From a bacterium (GTDB lineage: Bacteria; SAR324; JACQKK01), in NCBI GenBank assembly GCA_965240465.1, contig OZ251219.1, positions 992,001 through 1,056,000 of the forward strand: DNA of 64,000 bases. The letters are read 5' to 3'. Position 1 is the stretch's first letter. Each line of letters opens with the position of its first letter. Below the pieces are notes generated by a model. That model worked only from the letters and a program-made list of their open reading frames with translations, was not told where the DNA came from and searched no databases. The position numbers and the translations under genes were made by a program. Positions 29,973 through 40,576 of this stretch are shown piece after piece.

Positions 29973-31610
29973 TTAACGGGTGATCTGGGAGTAAAAATTA
30001 TTACCCTTGTCATCAATTACGATAAAGGCGGGGAAGTTTTCTACTTCAATTTCCCATACGGCTTCCATGCCCAGTTCGGGAAAATCCAGTTGTCGCACCG
30101 AGCGAATGTGCTCTTTAGCCAGCAAGGCAGCTGGTCCACCCATAGAACCTAAGTAAAATCCCCCGTACTTTTTACAGGCTTCAATTACCTGATGAGAACG
30201 ATTACCCTTGGCTAACATAATTAAAGATGCTCCTTGCGATTGCAGTATCTCTACATAATCATCCATGCGTCCTGCGGTGGTAGGACCAAAACTACCCGAG
30301 GGGTATCCTTTAGGAGTTTTAGCTGGACCCGCATAATAGATAGGATACTTCTTTAGGTAGGCAGGCAAATCTTGACCGCTCTCCAGTAGCTGGCGAAAAC
30401 GTGCGTGAGCGATATCGCGTGCTACCACCAGCTTGCCAGTTAGGTTCACCCGTGTTTTAACGGGATATTTGCTCAGGATACTTAAGATATTTTTCATGGG
30501 CTGATCAAGACTTATATTGACCGCTAAGGATTCATCTATTTTTACGGATTGAGGCAGAAAACGAGCTGGGTCTTTATCCAGCTGCTCTAAAAAAACACCG
30601 TCTGCAGTGATTTTCCCCTTAATGTTTCTATCAGCACTGCAGCTGACTCCCAGCCCCACCGGTAATGATGCCCCATGACGAGGCAAACGCACCACCCGAG
30701 CACTATGAGCAAAGTACTTGCCTCCGAATTGGGCTCCAATTCCTATTTCACGGGATAATTCTAGCATGACCTTCTCAAATTCCAAGTCCCGAAAGCCATA
30801 GCTATCCTTAGAACTACTGGTGGGGAGCTCATCTAAAAATCCTGCCGAAGCCAGAGTGAGTGTTTTCATGGTGTTCTCAGCACTGGTACCACCAATCACC
30901 AAGGCTAAGTGATAAGGAGGACAAGCCGAAGTTCCTAGCCGACTAATCTGCAATTTTACCCATTTTGGTAGTCGCTCGGGAGATAAAATGGCCATGGTTT
31001 CCTGAAATAGGAGCATCTTGTTGGCAGAGCCACCGCCCTTGGCCATAAACAAAAACCGATATTCATCTCCTGCTGTAGCTAGTAAATCAATTTGTGCTGG
31101 TAGATTGGTGCGAGTATTTTTTTCATCGTACATGGAAAGAGGCACATTCTGTGAGTAACGCAAGTATTCCTGTTGGTAGGTAGTATAAATACCACGGCTA
31201 AGGGCGATGGCATCATCAGAATCAGTCCACACTTGCTGACCTTTCAAGCCAAACACCTTCGCGGTGCCGGTGTCTTGACAGCTAGGTAGCTTGCGGTCTG
31301 CGGCAATCACTGCATTTTTCAGCAGTGCTAGGGCTAGATAATGGTCGTTATCGGAGGCTTCATTGTCATCAAGTATCCGCCGTAGGTCTTTTAGATGCTG
31401 GGTACGGTAGAAATAATTCACCTCACTCAGAGCAGTCTTAGCCAAAATTTCCAGTGCTTTTTCAGAGACCTTTATAATAGGTTGATTTCCAAATTCGGTT
31501 ACAGAGATCCCTTCACGCGTCAAACAGCGATAAGAAGTGCTGTCAGTTTTGAGAGTGTAAAGAGGGGTGTAATGAAAATCCTTGTTAGCAGTAGAAGAAG
31601 AGGCACTCAT
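29973..31610 (-). CDS. fumA: Class I (Fe-S) fumarate hydratase
   Basis: [43 protein letters not shown]. Confidence 0.95.
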   Translation of the reverse strand: MSASSSTANKDFHYTPLYTLKTDSTSYRCLTREGISVTEFGNQPIIKVSEKALEILAKTALSEVNYFYRTQHLKDLRRILDDNEASDNDHYLALALLKNAVIAADRKLPSCQDTGTAKVFGLKGQQVWTDSDDAIALSRGIYTTYQQEYLRYSQNVPLSMYDEKNTRTNLPAQIDLLATAGDEYRFLFMAKGGGSANKMLLFQETMAILSPERLPKWVKLQISRLGTSACPPYHLALVIGGTSAENTMKTLTLASAGFLDELPTSSSKDSYGFRDLEFEKVMLELSREIGIGAQFGGKYFAHSARVVRLPRHGASLPVGLGVSCSADRNIKGKITADGVFLEQLDKDPARFLPQSVKIDESLAVNISLDQPMKNILSILSKYPVKTRVNLTGKLVVARDIAHARFRQLLESGQDLPAYLKKYPIYYAGPAKTPKGYPSGSFGPTTAGRMDDYVEILQSQGASLIMLAKGNRSHQVIEACKKYGGFYLGSMGGPAALLAKEHIRSVRQLDFPELGMEAVWEIEVENFPAFIVIDDKGNNFYSQITR

Positions 31611-31692
31611 AGCGGTTACTCCGATAAATGGCAGAGGCTGAAATGGCAGAGTCACGAAATGGCAAGGGATTTTATACCGAGGGTCGGGTTAA

Positions 31693-33060
31693 TTATTTTT
31701 TAATGCCCTGAGTACCAGAAAATCGCTTGCGGATATAAGCACGATATTTCTTGTGCTGAATGATCAGTAAGGAATCTTCTGCTTGTAGGCAGTCTTCTCC
31801 TCGGGGTAGGAAGATTTTTCCATTACGGCAGATCGCCCCTACCAAAACTTCTTTAGGTAGTTTTAATTGATGAAGAGGGATGTTTAGGTAATTCTGACTA
31901 GATTGCAGGCAGATTTCTAGTAATTCAATATCGCTGTTTTCCAAGGATAAATAATTTTGCAAATTACGCCCCCGCAGATATTGTAGGATCTTCATGGCAG
32001 TTAATAAGCGAGGACTAAAAATGTGGTCAATCAGTCTATATCTGTTGATAAGAGGCAGAGCCTGAGGCTGTTTGAACAGGGCTGCCGTACGACAGTTGCT
32101 ATATTCACTCACTAGCAGACAAGCAGAAATATTTACGCTGTCATCAGCGGTAAGGCTGACAAAATAATCGGCTTGTTTAATGCCTTCTTCTTGTAGTACG
32201 GGCAATTCCATGCCATCAGCTTGTAACACTAACCCGTGCCTTAGGGTTCGGGAGATTACCTGACATTGCTCGGGGTCAACTTCCAACACTCGCACGCCCA
32301 GACCGTGCTTTTCCAATCTGCATGCTAATGCTAGCCCAATGTTTCCTCCTCCATTGATAAACACTCGCCTCCCCGACTTACGCCGTATCTGCAAAATCTT
32401 CAGCAACTGCTTGAGACACTGGGTAGGGCAGAATAAGTACAGCTGATCACCATCTTGAATCATGTCCTGGGCACCGGGCACAAAACTCATTTCTGTGCGT
32501 TGAATAGCTGCGATCAGGCAGGGAATTTTTTCTCTGATTTGCCTGCCTAGTTTCTCCACCGTTTGACCAGTAATAATTAAAGACTCAGCCACTGAAATGC
32601 GTACCAACAACATACGCCCTCCCATAAAAGTGGCAATATCGGTCACTTGAGGGTGTATAATCAGTTGTTCCAAATGATCGGCGACTACTTCATAGGGGTT
32701 AATTAGTAGGTCAATGTTATTAAACTGCGAAACCCCATTCCCGCTGGTACTCAATTGCTTGACCCGGGCGATGGTAGTCGGAGAGCCCAACTCTTTGGCT
32801 ACCAAGCAGGACAATAAATTGGCATCATCCCGATCGGTAACTGCAATGAACAGATCAGCTTTATCCACTTGGGCTTTTCTGAGAGTCTCTTGATGAGCAC
32901 TGTTTGCTTGCAGTGTCCTCACATGAAAACATTCCTCCAGATGCTTTAATACGACGTCATCCAAATCTATTACCCGAATGTCTGCCTCCCCTGACAGGGC
33001 TTCCGTCAGGTGATAGCCAACTTCGCCTGCCCCAGCAATCACTAATCGCATAGGAATCAT
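31693..33060 (-). CDS. trkA: Trk potassium uptake NAD-binding subunit
   Basis: Two TrkA-N/TrkA-C repeats, IAGAGEVG and INGGGNIG; 455 aa. Confidence 0.92.
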   Translation of the reverse strand: MIPMRLVIAGAGEVGYHLTEALSGEADIRVIDLDDVVLKHLEECFHVRTLQANSAHQETLRKAQVDKADLFIAVTDRDDANLLSCLVAKELGSPTTIARVKQLSTSGNGVSQFNNIDLLINPYEVVADHLEQLIIHPQVTDIATFMGGRMLLVRISVAESLIITGQTVEKLGRQIREKIPCLIAAIQRTEMSFVPGAQDMIQDGDQLYLFCPTQCLKQLLKILQIRRKSGRRVFINGGGNIGLALACRLEKHGLGVRVLEVDPEQCQVISRTLRHGLVLQADGMELPVLQEEGIKQADYFVSLTADDSVNISACLLVSEYSNCRTAALFKQPQALPLINRYRLIDHIFSPRLLTAMKILQYLRGRNLQNYLSLENSDIELLEICLQSSQNYLNIPLHQLKLPKEVLVGAICRNGKIFLPRGEDCLQAEDSLLIIQHKKYRAYIRKRFSGTQGIKK

Positions 33061-33122
33061 GTCGTGATCTCGGCAGTATTTACCCAGCTCTGCTTTTGCT
33101 TGTTTAGGGTTTTTATTATTTT

Positions 33123-33158
33123 TGCCTTCATGTCGCTGATGCCTTCATGTCGCTGATG
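33123..33158. repeat. 17-bp direct duplication TGCCTTCATGTCGCTGA x2
   Basis: Two exact adjacent copies in the trkA/lepB divergent intergenic region. Confidence 0.9.
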
Positions 33159-33298
33159 TTTTGTGTATCTTTTTATTTAGTTATTAGTACACGCATGCAA
33201 CTAGTAATTATGCTAACACATCTTGCCCTTTACTTTTAATCAACGCTACAATTCGTCGCTCAACAGGTTTTTCTTCGTCATTATTCAGCAGTGTTTGC

Positions 33299-34141
33299 AT
33301 GTTGCCCAAGCGATATTATATCCACCCTCTCTTTCTTATAGAACTTAGCCAATACGGACTGCGTCCCCAGCTACTGCAAGCCTTAAAAGCCCTAGAACAC
33401 AAACGCATCAGAGGCAAATCTAGCTTCTTGCAGCAGCTCAATGATTTGCCTGTGGAATCATCTTTGGATGAACGCCGTTTGATATCCCACTTTTGCAAGA
33501 TAGGCTGGCTACCCCTGCAACGCATTATTCCCAACCGAGGCATGAGAGAATGGGTAGAAGCCTTGCTATTTGCCTTAATTGTAGCCTTCACCGTGAGAAC
33601 CTTTCTCTTTGCCCCTTTTAAGATCCCTTCTTCCTCTATGGAGACTACCCTGTTGGTGGGAGACCACCTGTTCGCCTCAAAGTATTCTTATGGAATTCCA
33701 GTCCCCTTCACCGATTATAAACTTTTTCCAAAGCCCATCCAGCGGGGCGATGTAATTATCTTCCCCTTCCCTGATAATCCTAAACTAGATTACATTAAAC
33801 GCGTTATCGCTCTGGAGGGAGAAAGATTGGAAATCCAAGACCAGCAAATCTTAATTGATGGCAAACCACTGGCTGAACCTTATGCTTACTACCAACCGCA
33901 GTTGCTCAAGCAGCTTCAGCTAAGCGGTTTATCCATGTCTAGGTTGCCGATTCGTATCCCCGATCAACACCTCTTTGTAATGGGCGATAACCGTCTTGCC
34001 AGTGCTGATAGTCGGGTGTGGGGCTTTCTAGATCAAAGAACCGTCAAAGCCAAAGCCAAGCGAATTTACTGGTCTCATGATAGCCGCCAAGGAGTATTTA
34101 AGGGGTATCATTGGAAGCGTATCGGCAGAGCAATAAAATAA
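33299..34141 (+). CDS. lepB: Signal peptidase I with N-terminal extra domain
   Basis: FKIPSSSMETTL (catalytic Ser), DYIKRVI (Lys), MGDNR..S.DSR.WG. Confidence 0.93.
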   Translation: MLPKRYYIHPLFLIELSQYGLRPQLLQALKALEHKRIRGKSSFLQQLNDLPVESSLDERRLISHFCKIGWLPLQRIIPNRGMREWVEALLFALIVAFTVRTFLFAPFKIPSSSMETTLLVGDHLFASKYSYGIPVPFTDYKLFPKPIQRGDVIIFPFPDNPKLDYIKRVIALEGERLEIQDQQILIDGKPLAEPYAYYQPQLLKQLQLSGLSMSRLPIRIPDQHLFVMGDNRLASADSRVWGFLDQRTVKAKAKRIYWSHDSRQGVFKGYHWKRIGRAIK

Positions 34142-34260
34142 CTAAAGTTTGTAGAATATGCGTGGAAAAGTTCACCATTATGAAAAGGTACAGCCTCGGA
34201 TAAGTAAATACGGGGATGGATTGATATGCCAGAAGAATATAATTAAAGAAGAATTTTAAG

Positions 34261-34334
<74 letters not shown>

Positions 34335-34362
34335 AATAAGTACGGATTGACTATGTTGCTCA

Positions 34363-36267
34363 TCAACTATCCTGATTGATGTTCAATAACTCTTCTGGGG
34401 TGGTGCTCCCAGCCTGTACCATGTCTAGCCCCCAGCTGAACATGGATTTCATGCCAGATTTTTCGGCGGTTTTACGGATAGCATTGGAGGAATTTTCAGT
34501 AAGAATGGTTTTTTTTAAGTTCTCATCCAAGACGAGCAGTTCAAACACTCCCAGTCTTCCATGGTAGCCAAGTTGCTCGCACTTTTGGCAGCCCTTGGCA
34601 TGCCAAGTGGTAATGGTTTTAGCTTTCTGGGATGAGAGCCCCAATTCCAGAAGCATTTTTTCTCCTTGGGGGTCTTTTTCTTTGCAATGTTGGCAAAGAC
34701 GACGCACCAGCCTTTGTGCCATCACTGCATTAACGGTTGAAGTTACCAAATAAGGCTCCACCCCCATGTCTATCAAGCGGGTGATGGTAGCAGGAGCATT
34801 GTTGGTGTGGATGGTGCTAAAGACCGAGTGTCCAGTAAGGGCAGCTTGGGTAGCAATGATGACGGTTTCCCGATCACGCATTTCACCGACCATTATGACA
34901 TCCGGGTCTTGGCGTAGCATGCTACGCAATGCACTAGCAAATGTGAGGCCCGCCTTAGGATTGATTTCGGTTTGTGAGTAGCCAGGGAGTTTGTACTCCA
35001 CAGGATCTTCAATGGTGGCGATGTTTTTACGTTCACGGTTCAAGGTATTGAGCAGTGCATAAAGGGATGTTGTCTTACCGCTTCCCGTAGGTCCACTGAT
35101 AAGAGTGATTCCACCACTTTTGCGAGCAGCCCGTGCCAATGGATTACTTAGTTCCTTGGGCATACCCAGACTGAAAAGGTTCATCAGTTGCTGGTCTTGA
35201 TAAAGTAGACGCATTACCGCTTTTTCACCTTGGATGGTCGGCATTATTGAAACACGAATATCAATACGGCGTCCGGCAACCAGTACTAGTGTGCGTCCGT
35301 CTTGGGGCGAGCCGCGTTGGGCGATGTCTAAGCGAGATATGATTTTGACGCGGTTAATGAGGCTACGCTGGATGGCTTTTGGGAAATCGGCAATGTTGTA
35401 AAGAATGCCATCAATACGGAAGCGCACCTTGACTTCATCTTGGTTGGAATCCAGATGAACATCACTGGCGTTGCGTTGAGAAGCCTGATAAAGCAGGGAG
35501 TTCAAGAGACGTTTGATTGGTTCTTCGTCGCGGGCATCAATCAGATCTTCGGGTTCTTCTAAGCTCCAATCGGAGGAGGCGTCTATTTCAATGCCTTCCA
35601 TCAGGTCGCTAGATTTTTCTTCTCCGCGCGATTTCTCATAGGCACGGTTGATCAGCCCCAAGATTGCTTGACGGGTGCTCAGTACCAAAGACATGCTCTT
35701 GCCCAGACGGAAGGCTGCATCTTCCATGGCGTTGGCGTGGCTAGCATCTTCGGCAGCGATTATTAGACAGCCATTTTTTTCAGCCAGCGGGCAGAACATG
35801 AACTTCTTGGCATACTGGATGCTAATATCCGAGATAAAATCCGCAGGAGCAATGGTAGCTTTGGGATGAGGTTGGAATTCCAGTCCCAGCAATTGGGCAG
35901 TAGCCGATTGAACTGCCTCTGGCGATGCCAATTTCTTATCTATCAAATGAGTACGCAGACGCGTCAGAGCCACAGGATATGAGGGATCTAATCCATTGAG
36001 GGCTTGGATTTGGGCTTGTTGGAATTCTTTGAATTGCTGAGGGTCTTTTTTTTTGGTGGCTTTCAGCAGAATTTCTAGCAGAGGATGTAGAGCCTGCAAG
36101 CTGGCAGGATTTCGTACTGCCACCTTTCCATTAGATGCAGGAGTGTGGGTAGATTTAGAGGGAGACTTCTCCTTGGATCTTGACAAATCAACGGACGCAC
36201 AGGGCTCTTTTGCCAGCTTTTTAGGCATGGTGGGCTTGGCAGGAGTTTTTTGAAGGGTGGTTGGCAT
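34363..36267 (-). CDS. Type II secretion/type IV pilus assembly ATPase (GspE/PilB family)
   Basis: ASDVH, PQDGR, GPTGSGKTT, TIEDPVE, LRQDPDVIMVGEMRD, CxxC/CxxC zinc site. Confidence 0.92.
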   Translation of the reverse strand: MPTTLQKTPAKPTMPKKLAKEPCASVDLSRSKEKSPSKSTHTPASNGKVAVRNPASLQALHPLLEILLKATKKKDPQQFKEFQQAQIQALNGLDPSYPVALTRLRTHLIDKKLASPEAVQSATAQLLGLEFQPHPKATIAPADFISDISIQYAKKFMFCPLAEKNGCLIIAAEDASHANAMEDAAFRLGKSMSLVLSTRQAILGLINRAYEKSRGEEKSSDLMEGIEIDASSDWSLEEPEDLIDARDEEPIKRLLNSLLYQASQRNASDVHLDSNQDEVKVRFRIDGILYNIADFPKAIQRSLINRVKIISRLDIAQRGSPQDGRTLVLVAGRRIDIRVSIMPTIQGEKAVMRLLYQDQQLMNLFSLGMPKELSNPLARAARKSGGITLISGPTGSGKTTSLYALLNTLNRERKNIATIEDPVEYKLPGYSQTEINPKAGLTFASALRSMLRQDPDVIMVGEMRDRETVIIATQAALTGHSVFSTIHTNNAPATITRLIDMGVEPYLVTSTVNAVMAQRLVRRLCQHCKEKDPQGEKMLLELGLSSQKAKTITTWHAKGCQKCEQLGYHGRLGVFELLVLDENLKKTILTENSSNAIRKTAEKSGMKSMFSWGLDMVQAGSTTPEELLNINQDS

Positions 36268-36339
36268 TATCGGTGACCGCAAGGGGGCAGAGATTAAAGA
36301 GCAGACCTCTATGGAGAGTGTAACACATTTTAGTGCGTT

Positions 36340-38409
36340 TCAATCCCATTGGACGGTAAAATTGTTTTGTTGCCGTTGTTGGATATGGAGTTCTTCAACC
36401 AGTTTTAACTTAACTTGGTGAGTAAGCTGATTAGGTAATTCATCCAGAAAGCGAGAGGGGATGGTGATCTCGGCTCTACCGCCAGTATAGCTAAGTAGGG
36501 GTGAACTTAAATGCAATTCCCGGCGGCAGCGGGTGAGAGCTACGTAAAAGACCCGTCTTTCTTCTTCTAGCTTGGAGAGGGGTTCCAAGCAGCGAATGTG
36601 GGGGAATTTTCCATCGGAGAGACCGATCAGAAAGACGACCTCCCATTCCAGTCCTTTGGCTTGGTGTACCGAGCTCAGCACCAGTGAATCTTGCAGTGGG
36701 GTGTTCGTATTTTTCTCTGCTTCGGCTACTTCTTGGGCTAAGGCAAGTTGACTGAGTACTTTCTCTAGGTTGGAATACCCCATGGCAAAATCTACCAGAT
36801 AGGCTAGATCGGCGTCGCGTTCTTTCGGGTTGTCAAAGCGTTGAGCGATTAAATCATCATAGAAATGCTTTCGGGCTTGCTGGAGCATTTCTCCGGGGTG
36901 AGGTTGAGCGATTTGCATGGCTACAAAGGCTTGAGTTAAACGCTCCCAAAGCAATTTGGCTTTCTTGGGAATCGTCTTGATGAGCTCAGTATTGTCTGGC
37001 GTGATACTCACTTGGCCTTGCTTGGCAAAGACACGATATATTTTTCCAGCCGCAACAGCCCCCACTCCGGGAAGCATGCGTAGCAATCTCAACCAAGCTA
37101 CCTCATCCAAGGGATTGTGCAGTACTCTTAAAAAGCATAGGGCATCTTTAATGTGTGCCTGCTCAAAGAATTTTAGCCCGCTCCGCACCACAAAAGGAAT
37201 ATTATGCTGAGCCAAAATCGTCTGCAAAGCCGCAGATTGTGCATGACCCCGATATAACACCCCCATCTGACCAAAGGGAATATCCTCCTCATCACAATAG
37301 TGCCGCAACTGAGTAGCCACGTACTCGGCTTCCTGATGGACATCATAGGCCTGAATGATGGTGGGCAACTTACCAGACTTTAAGGATGGTCGTAAATGTT
37401 TCTCAAACTGCTCCCGATTATTAATGATGCTATGATTAGCTAGTTCTAGTATTTCGGGCGTACTGCGATAGTTTTGCTCAAGGGTATAGATCTTGGCTTG
37501 GAAACGCTCGGGAAAATGCAAGATGTTTTTAAATGAAGCTCCCCGCCAGCTGTAGATTGATTGAGCATCATCACCTACCACCATCAGGTTGCCGTGAGGT
37601 TTGGCTAGTAGGCTCAATATTTCTCCCTGAATGTGATTGGTGTCTTGGTATTCATCCACCAGGAGGTACCTAATACGGCAGCAGAGTTCTAGTGTTTCGC
37701 CATGCTGGAGCAACAATTTATGCCAATTATCTAGTAGGTCATCAAAGTCCATGCAGTTGTTGGTTTTTTTACGTGCCTGAAACTTTTCCCGAATAGCAGA
37801 TAGATGTTCTCTAAAGTCCAACCATTCTGGATTTTCTTCTTTCAACTGAGCTTCCAAAGACAGATGCCGATTGAAACTTTTAGAAAATAGGTCCAGCATG
37901 GCATCGGTTTTAGGAAAAGTTACCGTATTGGCAAATGGAGGATGTTCTCCTAAAATGTCGCTGGCAGCAGCTCGGGCTAGTTCGCGGGCATCGGCAGCAT
38001 CTAGAATGGTGTAATTGTGCTGGTAACCCAGCAAATCGCAATGCTGACGCAAAAAACGATTTGCTACACTATGAAAAGTACCAGCCAGCATCCGAGACAA
38101 GAGGTTCTCCTCTGCCAAACCACCGCCTTGGGGAACCAGTAATGCTCGGGCACGTTCCAGCATCTCTCGGGATGATTTATTGGTAAAGGTGAGCATCATC
38201 ACTGCTGAGGCAGGCACCCCCTGACTTAACAAATGGGCGACCCGATGAACAATCACTCTTGTCTTTCCGCTACCTGCTCCTGCGATCACCAAAGCATGAC
38301 CATCCTTGTGACGCACAATCGCCTGCTGTTGATCATTTAGCTCTTGCAGAGCTCGTTCTGCACTAGCTGATTGCTCCGCTGAGGCAAATGGCGGTAAAAT
38401 AGGGGTCAT
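36340..38409 (-). CDS. ATP-dependent SF1 DNA helicase, UvrD/PcrA family
   Basis: AGAGSGKT, TFTNK, VDEYQD, GDDAQSIY, QNYRS, HQAKGLEW, EERRVFYVALTR. Confidence 0.93.
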   Translation of the reverse strand: MTPILPPFASAEQSASAERALQELNDQQQAIVRHKDGHALVIAGAGSGKTRVIVHRVAHLLSQGVPASAVMMLTFTNKSSREMLERARALLVPQGGGLAEENLLSRMLAGTFHSVANRFLRQHCDLLGYQHNYTILDAADARELARAAASDILGEHPPFANTVTFPKTDAMLDLFSKSFNRHLSLEAQLKEENPEWLDFREHLSAIREKFQARKKTNNCMDFDDLLDNWHKLLLQHGETLELCCRIRYLLVDEYQDTNHIQGEILSLLAKPHGNLMVVGDDAQSIYSWRGASFKNILHFPERFQAKIYTLEQNYRSTPEILELANHSIINNREQFEKHLRPSLKSGKLPTIIQAYDVHQEAEYVATQLRHYCDEEDIPFGQMGVLYRGHAQSAALQTILAQHNIPFVVRSGLKFFEQAHIKDALCFLRVLHNPLDEVAWLRLLRMLPGVGAVAAGKIYRVFAKQGQVSITPDNTELIKTIPKKAKLLWERLTQAFVAMQIAQPHPGEMLQQARKHFYDDLIAQRFDNPKERDADLAYLVDFAMGYSNLEKVLSQLALAQEVAEAEKNTNTPLQDSLVLSSVHQAKGLEWEVVFLIGLSDGKFPHIRCLEPLSKLEEERRVFYVALTRCRRELHLSSPLLSYTGGRAEITIPSRFLDELPNQLTHQVKLKLVEELHIQQRQQNNFTVQWD

Positions 38410-38411
38410 AT

Positions 38412-39239
38412 TTATGCTTCCATAATTTTTGTGTTAAAACGATTCTCCTGAGAAATATATTGCTCAATTCTTTCATTAGCCATTTGGACATAGTTCGGAT
38501 TTTTTTCAATCCCGATCCACTGGCGGCCTAATTCAGCAGCGGCGATGGCAGTGCTACCAGAGCCGATAAAGGGGTCTAAGACGGTATCATTGACGGTGGT
38601 GCTACAAAGAATCAGTTTTTTAAGCAGTTGAATCGGTTTTTGACTAGGATGTCCGCATTTTTCACGGGATGAGCCTTTTAGGCTCGGGACATTGATGATA
38701 TTGGTGGCAAATTTTCCTTGTTTGAGGTAGCTTAAACGGGCGTCCTTGTTTTTGTAGCGGCGGTCTCGGGCATAGGTTTGGATGGTCACTTGGTCATAAG
38801 GTTCTCTGACGGCTTCCTTGATGAATTTTACCGATTGGCTACGGTGTTTGAGAATTAGGATCATCTCGTAGGCGGGGCTAAAACTATCTCCTCGTTGGTA
38901 ACCGACCATCCGATTCCAAACTAGCAGGTCATGAAAAGCAAATTGCTTGCACATGTTGGACATCAAGTGCAAAAAAGGGTGTTCTCGCTTGCCTAGCTGA
39001 CCGAAGCAAAATAAAAGACCGTCTTTTTTTAGTACTCGCATAGCAGCAATGAGCCATTGAGCTGACCAAGCTAACCAATCCTCAGCAGAACTCCATTGGG
39101 TATCCCATCTAGTGGTAGTGAGGACATTGTAATAAGGGGGATCTGCGATTACCGTCTGTACCGATTTAGCAGGTAGATTACCCAGGGCCTCCAGAGTATC
39201 TTGGTAAAGGATGGTATTAAGGGGCAGATTCCGTTCCAT
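38412..39239 (-). CDS. Orphan amino-DNA methyltransferase (m6A/m4C), beta class
   Basis: DPPY precedes HPSQKP and DPFIGSGST (motif IV before motif I). Confidence 0.92.
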   Translation of the reverse strand: MERNLPLNTILYQDTLEALGNLPAKSVQTVIADPPYYNVLTTTRWDTQWSSAEDWLAWSAQWLIAAMRVLKKDGLLFCFGQLGKREHPFLHLMSNMCKQFAFHDLLVWNRMVGYQRGDSFSPAYEMILILKHRSQSVKFIKEAVREPYDQVTIQTYARDRRYKNKDARLSYLKQGKFATNIINVPSLKGSSREKCGHPSQKPIQLLKKLILCSTTVNDTVLDPFIGSGSTAIAAAELGRQWIGIEKNPNYVQMANERIEQYISQENRFNTKIMEA

Positions 39240-39438
39240 ATAACTAGTCTAGGGCGGGGAAGATGGGTGAGGGTTTCAGGAGGTTGTAGTATTAATTATT
39301 AGGGGTTGAGGATCGGCAAATGCACCATATGTGGTGACACACAGGCAATGGTAACAAAATACAAGCTTCTTAGCCAAGTTTGGTTTGCACAGCTATCTTG
39401 AGTAAGTCCATAATGAGAAGGGTGGGTTGGGTATTTTG

Positions 39439-39511
39439 GCTGGCGTAGCTCAATTGGTAGAGCAGCACATTTGTAATGTGCAGGTTGCGGGTTCAAGTCC
39501 CATCGCCAGCT
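39439..39511 (+). tRNA. tRNA-Thr(UGU)
   Basis: GCTGGCG acceptor, GCACA-TTTGTAA-TGTGC anticodon arm, GGTTCAAGTCC T arm. Confidence 0.95.
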
Positions 39512-39654
39512 CTTGGGCTATCAGGGGAAGTTGCAGTTCTCCCAGAAGACCTTGATGTTCCTATACGCATGGGGTGTCCTGTTCAGTGGCAGGAGTAAAT
39601 TAGCTTGAATTGAATTTCTGAAAACGGCACAATCCTCTGTTGATGTTTGCCCAC

Positions 39655-39736
39655 GGGGAGATTCCTGAGCGGTCAAAAGGAGCAGACTGTAAATCTGCCG
39701 GCTTAGCCTTCGGAGGTTCGAATCCTCCTCTCCCCA
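39655..39736 (+). tRNA. tRNA-Tyr(GUA)
   Basis: GGGGAGA acceptor, GCAGA-CTGTAAA-TCTGC arm, long variable arm, GGTTCGAATCC. Confidence 0.95.
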
Positions 39737-39885
39737 CTCCTCGTATTTTTAAGACAGACATTGAATAGCTTTACTTGTTAAACACATTTATTTGAGACCG
39801 CACCAAAGATAAGCCAAAATAATGCAGTACCATTATGTTAGTAATGTTGTGGATACATTAAAGATATCTCTTGAGGATTTCTCAG

Positions 39886-39957
<72 letters not shown>

Positions 39958-40070
39958 TTTTATGATGACAATCTAGAAAAAATGATAAACATGTAACATA
40001 GAAGAAACAACACCTAGAATGGTATAAAATATCCAAGGCAGACATGTGGCAGAAGATATTAATCCATAAA

Positions 40071-40144
40071 AGGCCAGTAGCTCCAATTGGTAGAGCATCG
40101 GTCTCCAAAACCGAATGTTGTGGGTTCGAATCCCTCCTGGCCTG
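40071..40144 (+). tRNA. tRNA-Trp(CCA)
   Basis: AGGCCAG acceptor, TCGGT-CTCCAAA-ACCGA arm; canonical position before secE. Confidence 0.95.
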
Positions 40145-40348
40145 CTATGCTTTGTCCGTTGCGGGTAGTTTATTGCAGGTAGTCTGGTTCAGGTGGTCTA
40201 TTTTGCGGAACTTTTGTCTGATTAGTAATTTACGGGTTGCAACATTTGGCTTCCATCTCCTATCTTTTTGGCGTATCGTGGTGAAGTGGATTTATTGATA
40301 GGAAATTGTTAAGCATTTTAAGAGCATCGTGAAGAAGAAGAATTAAAT

Positions 40349-40534
40349 TTGTTTGCCAGAATCAGAATTTTTTTTAGTGATGTAGTTACCGAATTCAAAC
40401 GGGTTTCTTGGCCTACCCGTAAGAACACCGTTCAAGCTACTGTAGTGGTGGTCTTTATCACGTTGTTGATGGCCGTCTTTTTAGGGACGGTAGATGTGGG
40501 ATTATCAGAAGCAATCAAGCACATTATTGGTTAG
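40349..40534 (+). CDS. secE: Preprotein translocase subunit SecE
   Basis: EFKRVSWP motif plus a single TM helix; between tRNA-Trp and nusG. Confidence 0.93.
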   Translation: MFARIRIFFSDVVTEFKRVSWPTRKNTVQATVVVVFITLLMAVFLGTVDVGLSEAIKHIIG

Positions 40535-40576
40535 CAGCGGCTGATAAAATGGAATTGTTTTCTTGTAGGTTTTACG

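Noticed and set aside
39737-39885. Possible remnant tRNA-Gly between tRNA-Tyr and tRNA-Thr
   Set aside because: No acceptor stem, T-loop or anticodon arm recognisable.
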